Source of the DNA: Candidatus Methanoperedens sp.
GTDB lineage: Archaea; Halobacteriota; Methanosarcinia; Methanosarcinales; Methanoperedenaceae
Assembly (NCBI GenBank): GCA_027460535.1
Contig: JAPZAR010000027.1
Span: 90,001-122,000 of the forward strand
DNA length: 32,000 nucleotides
Reading direction: 5' to 3'
In this document: one piece after another, positions 16,728 through 24,142 of the stretch
Numbering within the stretch: position 1 is the stretch's first letter
How the letters are laid out: each line of letters begins with the position of its first letter
Position numbers and translations under genes: made by a program
Notes under the pieces: model-generated
Told to the model about the DNA's origin: nothing
Database searches by the model: none
The model's input: only the letters and a program-made list of their open reading frames with translations

Positions 16728-17069
16728 ATGGAAATAGAAGAAAAAGTCCTGAAATTGATAAAGTCCAGGAAAAAAGGGATTTTACAGAATGAACTCTGGA
16801 AGAAAGCCGATATAGACCGCCGCAAATGCTCACGGATTCTTGACAAGCTTGAAAAAGAAGGAAAGATAGCAAGGGAGCAGGAATCAACGAAGGGAACAAG
16901 GACGTTCCGCATCAGTTACTTAGAGCCCAAAAAAGAAATAACCAGGAATTTCAAGCTGTTGCTTGTGAGGGATGCGTTCGAACCCTGTACGGGATGCGCG
17001 CTTGAATGCATACCGGAACATTGCATAGCTCTTTCTGAATGGGTTTTATGTCTCGCCAACGAAGAATAG
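16728..17069 (+). CDS. Winged-helix DNA-binding protein with C-terminal Cys/His cluster
   Basis: The wHTH-like segment is VLKLIKSRKKGILQNELWKKADIDRRKCSRILDKLEKEGKI, and the C-terminal cluster is CTGCALECIPEHC. The ATG lies 1 nt after the Sm stop codon. Confidence 0.55.
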   Translation: MEIEEKVLKLIKSRKKGILQNELWKKADIDRRKCSRILDKLEKEGKIAREQESTKGTRTFRISYLEPKKEITRNFKLLLVRDAFEPCTGCALECIPEHCIALSEWVLCLANEE

Positions 17070-17131
17070 GATAAGAGGGTAGAAGCGGTGTTTGGGATTG
17101 GTGTTAAGATGTGAAAAATGAACCCACCTAT

Positions 17132-17155
17132 CTTGTTCGTTATTTAACGAACAAG
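17132..17155. terminator. Bidirectional hairpin between convergent genes
   Basis: CTTGTTCGTTA (17132-17142), TT, then TAACGAACAAG (17145-17155) form a perfect 11-bp-arm palindrome. T5 runs lie within about 20 nt on either strand. Confidence 0.45.
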
Positions 17156-17194
17156 CATATATCCACGAACAATCTAAATAGTTTTTGGCCGTGG

Positions 17195-18211
17195 TTAAAC
17201 CGACACTTTGAATAATCCTGTTTCCAGTTCTTCTATCTTGAATTTTAAATCCAGGAACTCTTCTGTTACCCATATATTGGTCCGGGTGTGAGGTGTTATG
17301 AGCCGGGTTGTGAAAGAACCGTTTCCTGCCAGGGCAATAAAGGGGACTAACTGGTCGGCTAGATAGATATCCACGCCTGCACCGGCTTTCAATTCCGAAA
17401 TCATCGCAGAAGCTGCACTGCTGCCCACCTTCTCAGCTCTTAAGCCCCGTTCTCCCAGGGCGCCTGCGCCGATCGTTCCACACCAGAGGGTTATACCGCT
17501 TCCGATAGATGGATAGTTATTTACCTCGCGTAAAATTTCAGTTCTGTAGCCTTCCGCCTGCAATATTTTTTCTGCAGATGCTGCCTGTCTTTCAGTTACA
17601 TGTCCGGGTAAACCTGATGAATGGGATATTCCTTTCACGATCTCACATGTATTTCTGTCAAAACTCATTTTTCCCAGGACAGATGGATTGATCACAGCTT
17701 CCACACATCCTCCACCACGCGGATAATAGCCTCTGCGAACAAGTTCCAGCTCGCAGTCATATCCCATCCTGGATAAAGCAAATAGCGTCACGAACCTGAG
17801 ATAATCGATCGACGGGGACCATGAGACATCTGTCCCGCCTGTTATCTTTAGCTTAATGGTTCCCTGCGCGTGGCAGGCGGCAGGCATGAGACATTGAAGA
17901 AGAAGAGATATGCTGCCGGCTGTACCTATATCGATATCGTACATCCCGCCTTTAATTCTTCCGGGCCTAAAATTCAGGTGAGTGGAATGCAGATCGCACC
18001 CTTTTACCTCTGCGTTGCAGATGGATGCAGCTCCCTTCACAGCTTTCACATGCTGTGGTGCGAGCCCCGGTTTTGGCCTATTCTTGCGGATATTATCTAT
18101 CTCGACAGGCTTTCCCGTGACAGCCGAAAGCGCAACTGCCGTTCTCAATATCTGACCCCCGCCTTCGCCGTATGACCCATCTATCTTCACAGATGCATCA
18201 TTGTTCTGCAT
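17195..18211 (-). CDS. rtcA: RNA 3'-terminal phosphate cyclase
   Basis: Matching segments are IDGSYGEGGGQILRTAVALSAVTGKPVEIDNIR..RPKPGLAPQHV and GTAGSISLLLQ. The product is 338 aa. Confidence 0.9.
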   Translation of the reverse strand: MQNNDASVKIDGSYGEGGGQILRTAVALSAVTGKPVEIDNIRKNRPKPGLAPQHVKAVKGAASICNAEVKGCDLHSTHLNFRPGRIKGGMYDIDIGTAGSISLLLQCLMPAACHAQGTIKLKITGGTDVSWSPSIDYLRFVTLFALSRMGYDCELELVRRGYYPRGGGCVEAVINPSVLGKMSFDRNTCEIVKGISHSSGLPGHVTERQAASAEKILQAEGYRTEILREVNNYPSIGSGITLWCGTIGAGALGERGLRAEKVGSSAASAMISELKAGAGVDIYLADQLVPFIALAGNGSFTTRLITPHTRTNIWVTEEFLDLKFKIEELETGLFKVSV

Positions 18212-18261
18212 TGGATTAAAGTATTATTGTAAACCATTAAAATGTATGAATATCAACGAGC

Positions 18262-18284
18262 GGGTGGGGGAGTGGGAGTGGGGG
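18262..18284 (+). other. Canonical G-quadruplex-forming motif (C-rich on the coding strand of the flanking genes)
   Basis: The sequence GGG-T-GGGGG-AGT-GGG-AGT-GGGGG has four G-tracts of at least 3 and loops of 1-3 nt. It is embedded in the loop/arm of the 11-bp inverted repeat 18255-18265 / 18306-18316. Confidence 0.5.
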
Positions 18285-18353
18285 TTAGTTAAAAAAGTCG
18301 TACCTACCCGCTCGTTATTTTATCATTATGATTATTATGATATATATAGTTTG

Positions 18354-19598
18354 TCATAGGCTCTTAATTATCGGTCCGTTCCCGGTAATCAGGGTGGAGC
18401 CCCCGTAAGGCATGATGATTATTCGGGCAGTTTCACCCTGTTTTTGAAGCGCAGTGCCCAGTGCATCTTCTAAAGTTGCAGGAATAAAATACGCTTTTCT
18501 GACCATATCATCCTGCAGCGAAGACACGAGATAGAGATCTACCCTCTCCGTTAAAGCCGCAATGAGCGCTGCCTTATGCCCACCCATAACGAATCCTTTT
18601 TTGAACCTCTCTATCACCTCGTCTTTGTCAAAGTTCAGCCAATCTTCGAAAATACGGTTCCCGTACCCCTCCCTGCACTCTGCAACAAGGATGATGGAAC
18701 CTCCTTCTTTTATCGCATTCTTTGCATGCTCAAGCGCCTTATGCGACTGGAATATATCTATATCCCTGGGCCATCCTCCCGGGGAAACGATTATGATATC
18801 CGCAGGCTTGACCTCAATTTTTGAAACCTTATCGAGAAAAGCCGCGCCTCTCCTGTGCGCATCGATGTAATCACCGGCCGCCGCAAAAACTATTTCTTTC
18901 TTTTCGTTCAGCACTACATTCAGGATGAAATCGATACCAACCATTCCCGCCGCCTCTTCAAGGTCTTCCCTCACAGGGCTTTCAAGCCTTCCTGCTGATG
19001 ATTTCGGGTCCAGCATCAGGGCATGGTTCGCATTGATACTTCTCTTTGATGAGACCGCAGGCAGAATTGATTTTGCCCCACCGGAATAGCCCGCATAGTA
19101 ATGGAACTCTATTGTGCCCGTACAAACCACGATATCAGCTTCTGCAACAGGTCTGAAAATCTCCACTGGCGTGCCCCTGGTGGTAGTGCCAACATAAACA
19201 CAATCATTTGTGTCGTGCTCAATGCATTTTACTTTCCCGTTCAATTCCCCCACGATGGCCCTCTTCTCATCTTCCGTTTGTTTCCTGTGGATCCCCAGCC
19301 CGAATACAATGGTAATATCCTCAACCTTGCCGGCCCTTAATTCGGAAATCAGCAAAGGCAGAAGCCTTGAGGTGGGAGTGGGGCGTGTTGTGTCATTGAC
19401 GATAATTATTGCTTTCTTCCCCTGCATGGCAATCTCGCGCAAACGCCTGCAGTTGATTGGATTTTTCAATGCTCTGTCTATCTCTTTCAGCTCGTCGGTG
19501 ACAGCCCCTAAGTATCTTGGTTTTACGACTTCAACCTGGCAATCTGGAGGAATAAGAATAGATAATTCGGTTTGACCGTAAGGCAAATGATACAGCAC
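18354..19598 (-). CDS. LarA-family (nickel-pincer-dependent lactate racemase-like, DUF2088) protein
   Basis: Matching segments are KKAIIIVNDTTRPTPT, FGLGIHRKQT and EFHYYAGYSGGAKSILP. The product is 414 aa. Confidence 0.8.
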   Translation of the reverse strand: MLYHLPYGQTELSILIPPDCQVEVVKPRYLGAVTDELKEIDRALKNPINCRRLREIAMQGKKAIIIVNDTTRPTPTSRLLPLLISELRAGKVEDITIVFGLGIHRKQTEDEKRAIVGELNGKVKCIEHDTNDCVYVGTTTRGTPVEIFRPVAEADIVVCTGTIEFHYYAGYSGGAKSILPAVSSKRSINANHALMLDPKSSAGRLESPVREDLEEAAGMVGIDFILNVVLNEKKEIVFAAAGDYIDAHRRGAAFLDKVSKIEVKPADIIIVSPGGWPRDIDIFQSHKALEHAKNAIKEGGSIILVAECREGYGNRIFEDWLNFDKDEVIERFKKGFVMGGHKAALIAALTERVDLYLVSSLQDDMVRKAYFIPATLEDALGTALQKQGETARIIIMPYGGSTLITGNGPIIKSL

Positions 19599-19685
19599 AT
19601 CTTTCTTGAATGTGCAAAAATAACTTATAAGTTTTGATGAGAAAATTGCATTAGACTTTTATCTTTTACACTCGTAAGTTATAAT

Positions 19686-20639
19686 ATGGTCATTAAAACC
19701 GAGAATCTTACCAAAAGATACGGAAAAATAACAGCCGTAGACTCTCTTGATCTTCACATCGAAGAGGGTGAGATCTTCGGGCTTCTCGGGCCGAATGGCG
19801 CAGGAAAGACCACGCTTATCTCAATGCTCTGCACTATTTTGAAGCCCACATCAGGCAAGGCATGGGTGAATGGTTTTGACATCGTTCGGGAATCGGCAAA
19901 GGTCAGGAAATCTATAGGCATCGTTTTCCAGCAGCCAAGCGTTGACGACCTGCTCACGGGACGAGAGAACCTTGCAATGCACAACCTCCTTTTTGGGGTG
20001 CCCCGTGATATACGAAAGCAGCGCATCGATGAGGTCCTCTCGCTTGTGAACCTGGAAAAGCGGGCGGACGACCTGGTAAACACTTACTCTGGCGGCATGA
20101 GGCGCAGACTTGAACTTGGGCGCGGGGTAATGCACCACCCCAAAATACTTTTCCTGGATGAGCCAACGCTCGGTCTTGACCCGCAGACAAGAGAACACAT
20201 CTGGGAATATATCCAGGACCTTGCGAAAAAGGAATGCATGACCGTCATGCTGACCACGCATTATATGGAAGAGGCTGAACAGTTATGCGACAGGGTCGCA
20301 ATAATTGATTACGGCAGAGTTGTTGCACTTGATTCCCCGCACACACTAAAAAATAGGATTGTCGGAGATGTAGTTAAACTGAAACAGAAGTATCCAGATA
20401 TTGAAACGGTAAGAAAGCTCGATTATGTAAAAAATGTCCAGGAAAAAGATGGTTTGCTGTATCTTTCCATCAAAGATGCAAGCAAGCATCTGCAGGACCT
20501 CCTCAGCCACACGGGCCCCATAGATTTCGTGGAAGTGAGAAGCGGTACGCTCAACGACGTGTTCCTGCATTATACGGGAAGGGAGATACGGGAATCTGAA
20601 GGTGAAGGCGGTTTCTGGGAAAGGGTGATGAAGAAATGA
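19686..20639 (+). CDS. ABC transporter ATP-binding protein (ABC-2/DrrA-type)
   Basis: Walker A is GLLGPNGAGKTT, the signature motif is YSGGMRRRL, and Walker B is ILFLDEPTLGLD. Confidence 0.9.
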   Translation: MVIKTENLTKRYGKITAVDSLDLHIEEGEIFGLLGPNGAGKTTLISMLCTILKPTSGKAWVNGFDIVRESAKVRKSIGIVFQQPSVDDLLTGRENLAMHNLLFGVPRDIRKQRIDEVLSLVNLEKRADDLVNTYSGGMRRRLELGRGVMHHPKILFLDEPTLGLDPQTREHIWEYIQDLAKKECMTVMLTTHYMEEAEQLCDRVAIIDYGRVVALDSPHTLKNRIVGDVVKLKQKYPDIETVRKLDYVKNVQEKDGLLYLSIKDASKHLQDLLSHTGPIDFVEVRSGTLNDVFLHYTGREIRESEGEGGFWERVMKK

Positions 20640-21394
20640 GCCTGCTTATGAATGAACTTGAGGGAATGTACGCAGTCTGGCTTCGTGAGGCTAAGATTTA
20701 TGTCAGGGAAAAGGAACGGCTCATATCTTCGGCAGTCTCACCGCTTCTCTGGATATTCGGTTTCGGAACGGGTATAGGGGCAAACCTGAAATCTATCGAG
20801 GGATTACCATACCAGGTTTTTATCTATCCCGGGATAGTGGTCATGGCGGTATTGTTCACATCACTCTTCTACGGGATATACATAATCTGGGACCGGAAGC
20901 TTGATTTTCTAAAAGAAGTGCTGGTAGCGCCTGTATCAAGAGCCAGTGTGTTCGCGGGAAAGGTGTTGGGCGGAGCAACAGATGCAATGGTGCAGGTGAT
21001 ATTTCTTCTGATAATCGGTCTTCTAATAAGTATCCCATTGACGCCGATCAGAATCATTGAAGCGTTTCTCATGCTCCTTTTAATCTCCATTGCAATGGTA
21101 AGCATTGGTTTAGTGATAGGCGCAAACCTGCAGAGCCCGGAAGGTTTTGGGCTTGTGATTAACTTTGTCATGTGGCCCATGTTCTTCTTTAGCAATGCCC
21201 TGTTTACGTTGGAAAGTACACCCAGATGGCTTAGCACGCTGATATATATCAATCCTTTAACGTATGGAGTGGATGCTGTGCGCGGCATTATCCTTGGTAT
21301 CAATCATTTTCCATTCTATCTTGATGTAGCAGTAATGATGATTTTTGCAGCGATAATGATGGTCCTGGGAGTGTTGAGCTTCAGGAGAATGTAA
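20636..21394 (+). CDS. ABC-2 type transporter permease
   Basis: The 252-aa product has about six hydrophobic spans. Its ATG overlaps the ATPase stop codon (ATGA at 20636-20639). Confidence 0.85.
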   Translation: MSLLMNELEGMYAVWLREAKIYVREKERLISSAVSPLLWIFGFGTGIGANLKSIEGLPYQVFIYPGIVVMAVLFTSLFYGIYIIWDRKLDFLKEVLVAPVSRASVFAGKVLGGATDAMVQVIFLLIIGLLISIPLTPIRIIEAFLMLLLISIAMVSIGLVIGANLQSPEGFGLVINFVMWPMFFFSNALFTLESTPRWLSTLIYINPLTYGVDAVRGIILGINHFPFYLDVAVMMIFAAIMMVLGVLSFRRM

Positions 21395-22611
21395 TGTTGA
21401 AACTTTTTAACACTTTCACACGCAGAAGAGAGAAATTTGAGCCCCTGGGTGATATTGTTGGGATTTACACATGCGGGCCATCGGTGTACCAGTACGCACA
21501 CATAGGGAATTTCAGGACTTTCATATTTGAAGACGTGCTGGTCAGGTACCTCAGGTTCAAAGGTTTCAGGGTTAAGAGAGTAATGAACCTGACCGATATC
21601 GAGGACAAGGCATTGACAACTGCCAGGAAAGAGGGAAAATCCTTGAAGGAATTGACGGAATTTTATTCTAAAGTGTTCTTTGAGGACATGAAAACCTTAA
21701 ATCTCCTGCCTGCAGATGTTTTCCCAAGAGCTACGGAACATGTCCCGGAGATCATCAAAATTATCAAAAAACTAATGGAAAACGGTTATGCTTATTGCGG
21801 AACCGATGGCTCGATATACTACGATGTATCCAAATTCAAGGGCTGGGGAAAACTCTCACATCTGAAGCTTAAACCCGGGAAGAAGAAAATAAAGCGCGAT
21901 GAATGGGGGGAGGAATCGGCAATAATCTCTGATTTCGCGCTATGGAAATCATACGAAAAAGAGGACGGAGATGTTTTCTGGGAAACCGAACTGGGTAAAG
22001 GGCGTCCTGGCTGGCATATCGAGTGTTCAGCAATGTGTTCCAGGCATCTTGGGACACGGTTTGATTTACATATAGGAGGCGTGGACAATATTTTTCCGCA
22101 TCATGAGAACGTGATAGCCCAGAATTTTGGCGCTTTCGGCGAAAACCCATCGCGATACTGGCTCCATTGCAGGCACCTTATGGTTGACGGGAAGAAGATG
22201 TCAAAATCTGCGGGGAATTTCTTTACCACACGTGACCTTCTTGATAAAGGATACAAACCAATGGCAATAAAATATCATCTTTTATCTATGAATTACAGGA
22301 GAAGGCTTAATTTTACATTCCAGGGGCTTGAGGAGGCGGGGAAAAAACTTGAAAGAATCCAGAGCATCATTGAAAGGTTAAAGACGGCCGAAGGTACAGA
22401 AGATGCCGAGAAAATAGCCAGGAGAGCTGGAAAGAAATTTGAGCAGAGTCTGGATGATAACCTGAACACGGGTAAGGCTTTAAAAATATTGGAAGAGTTT
22501 ACCGAAGAGATCGGAACTATCAATCCTGACAAAAGGTCTTTGGAAAAGATCCTTGAGACCTTTAAAACCATGGATTCGATACTGGGATTAGACCTGTTTA
22601 AACCCTCTTGA
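21394..22611 (+). CDS. cysS: Cysteine--tRNA ligase (short form, 405 aa)
   Basis: The HIGH-type motif is CGPSVYQYAHIGNFRTF, and KMSKS appears as GKKMSKSAGNF. Zn/Cys-binding contexts are TCGP, WHIECSAM and HIGGVDNIFPHHEN. The ATG shares one base with the permease stop codon (TAATG). Confidence 0.9.
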   Translation: MLKLFNTFTRRREKFEPLGDIVGIYTCGPSVYQYAHIGNFRTFIFEDVLVRYLRFKGFRVKRVMNLTDIEDKALTTARKEGKSLKELTEFYSKVFFEDMKTLNLLPADVFPRATEHVPEIIKIIKKLMENGYAYCGTDGSIYYDVSKFKGWGKLSHLKLKPGKKKIKRDEWGEESAIISDFALWKSYEKEDGDVFWETELGKGRPGWHIECSAMCSRHLGTRFDLHIGGVDNIFPHHENVIAQNFGAFGENPSRYWLHCRHLMVDGKKMSKSAGNFFTTRDLLDKGYKPMAIKYHLLSMNYRRRLNFTFQGLEEAGKKLERIQSIIERLKTAEGTEDAEKIARRAGKKFEQSLDDNLNTGKALKILEEFTEEIGTINPDKRSLEKILETFKTMDSILGLDLFKPS

Positions 22612-22936
22612 TCTGCATTTCCCTCTTCTTGGGCTGAAGCTGGAGAAGCAGCGCCTTGAGTTTAGCATCGTCTATCTTCGTTGCAAGCCTTCCGCTCTGG
22701 GCAAGGGTGACCAACTGCGCCTCAACGCTTGCCACAAGTTCGGGTTTTGTCATTTTGAGTGTATTTAAACGCTCCCGTGCTTCTGGCGTGAGTATCTGGC
22801 GCATGACAGACTGCTTTTTTGCCTCATACTCGGCACGCGCCGCCTCCTGCTGCGATGCCTGTGCCTGCGCATTATACTGCTGCTGCTGCAGCTGCTCAAG
22901 CTTGCGCTTTCTTAGCTCATCGAGTTCATCGTCCAT
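22598..22936 (-). CDS. PDCD5/TFAR19-like double-stranded DNA-binding protein
   Basis: Matching segment: MDDELDELRKRKLEQLQ...QSVMRQILTPEARERLNTLKMTKPELVASVEAQL. The ATG at 22936 is preferred over the TTG at 22942. The 3' end overlaps cysS convergently by 14 nt. Confidence 0.8.
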   Translation of the reverse strand: MDDELDELRKRKLEQLQQQQYNAQAQASQQEAARAEYEAKKQSVMRQILTPEARERLNTLKMTKPELVASVEAQLVTLAQSGRLATKIDDAKLKALLLQLQPKKREMQIKRV

Positions 22937-22938
22937 AT

Positions 22939-23388
22939 TCAATATTTTGCGATAGCCGGATTGGATTTTATCAGTTCTGTTTTTACATCATTTGCCGCAT
23001 TATCTAAAAACGACTGACCCTGCGGCGAGACTGTCCTGCCGGTTTTCTGCGCTTTTACGAAACCTGCTTTCTCAAGCTGCTGGAGCGCCTCTCTCGCAAC
23101 GGATCCGCTCCCTTTCGAGAAATGATGAGGCTTAACTCCATTCCTGTGCCTTCCGCCGTAGAAACTCCGCAGGCGTGAGACGCCAACGGGCCCATCGATA
23201 TAGATCCGCCTCAATATCGAAGCGCACCTGACGAACCACCAGTCAGGACTATCAGGCGAAAGCTCCTTATGGGCGCCGGTCTTGGCATAGCTGGCCCACT
23301 CCGGGGGGTTGGTTTTCTGTTCATTTTTTAGTTTCTGTGCCACATTTTTTATTAGCATCTCTGCGGGCACGTCATATACTGTTGTCAA
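22939..23388 (-). CDS. rps19e: 30S ribosomal protein S19e
   Basis: Matching segments are TVYDVPAEMLIKNVAQKLK, PEWASYAKTGAHKE, DWWFVRCASILRRIY and GVSRLRSFYGG. The TTG start at 23388 is supported by GGAGGATCAACA immediately upstream. Confidence 0.9.
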   Translation of the reverse strand: MTTVYDVPAEMLIKNVAQKLKNEQKTNPPEWASYAKTGAHKELSPDSPDWWFVRCASILRRIYIDGPVGVSRLRSFYGGRHRNGVKPHHFSKGSGSVAREALQQLEKAGFVKAQKTGRTVSPQGQSFLDNAANDVKTELIKSNPAIAKY

Positions 23389-23522
23389 TGTTGATCCTCC
23401 ATAAAATTATCTTTATGCGTAATAGGATATTAGTCCGTATAAAATCCCCTTAACCTATAGTCCCCTGAAATCCAGAGGTCTTGTTTGGGGGGCTTTCAGT
23501 GGCCTTATTTATCGGATAGTAT

Positions 23523-23777
23523 TTACCCTTTTCGGCGAAATACCGCGGTATTTCCCCTTACTTCTATAAGGTCTGAATTTGTCAGGTCCGCCAGTTTCAC
23601 TGCCATATCCTGCTTATTCCCTTCAGCGATCGCGGATTTAAGGAATTTGACTTTTATCAGCTTTTTTAGCTTTAATTGCTTTTTTAATTCTTCCGCCATG
23701 CTCTCGATACCTGACTTGCCCACCTGAAGGGAGGGTTCAATGAGAGTAGCATCTGCCCTGGATTCCTGCCTTTTCAT
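23523..23777 (-). CDS. YhbY/CRM-domain RNA-binding protein
   Basis: The 84-aa product shows LQVGKSGIESMAEELKKQLKLKKLIKVKF...LIEVRGNTAVFRR. The ATG overlaps the Roadblock stop codon (ATGA). Confidence 0.75.
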   Translation of the reverse strand: MKRQESRADATLIEPSLQVGKSGIESMAEELKKQLKLKKLIKVKFLKSAIAEGNKQDMAVKLADLTNSDLIEVRGNTAVFRRKG

Positions 23778-24142
23778 TTCAATATCTCTTTGAGCTTTTC
23801 CGCAGCCTTGTCCAGCTCGAGAAGGATCAATCCCAGCCCTGTGTCTGTATTTACAATCGCCATTAGAAGAGCCTTGGGCCCGGCACCTACTGCGATAAGG
23901 CGTCCGCGCTCCGATTCCACAATAACCCTGTGGGGCACGCCCTGCCCGAGCTCCGTCGTTGCTGTCTCTGCTGCCCCGAGCATGGTGGCCGACATTGCAG
24001 CGAAGGACTCTGCAAATTGCTCTTTTTGGAGGATCGCACGAATAAGTAACCCGTCACGGCTTGCCGCGGCACAGGCTTCCACGCCCCCGACTTTCTTCAG
24101 GTCTGAAAGTATTTTGTCCACCATGTCAATGGTATCGGGCAT
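23774..24142 (-). CDS. Roadblock/LC7 (MglB-like) domain protein
   Basis: The 122-aa product shows L..VGGVEACAAASRDGLLI......FAAMSATMLGAAE......RVIVESERGRLIAVGAGPKALLMAIV. The start shares a base with the upstream stop codon (TGATG). Confidence 0.8.
   Translation of the reverse strand: MPDTIDMVDKILSDLKKVGGVEACAAASRDGLLIRAILQKEQFAESFAAMSATMLGAAETATTELGQGVPHRVIVESERGRLIAVGAGPKALLMAIVNTDTGLGLILLELDKAAEKLKEILK

Noticed and set aside
22598-22611. A 14-nt convergent overlap of the cysS and PDCD5-like 3' ends
   Set aside because: The overlap is real but common in compact archaeal genomes. It may cause mutual antisense effects, but nothing in the sequence makes it exceptional.
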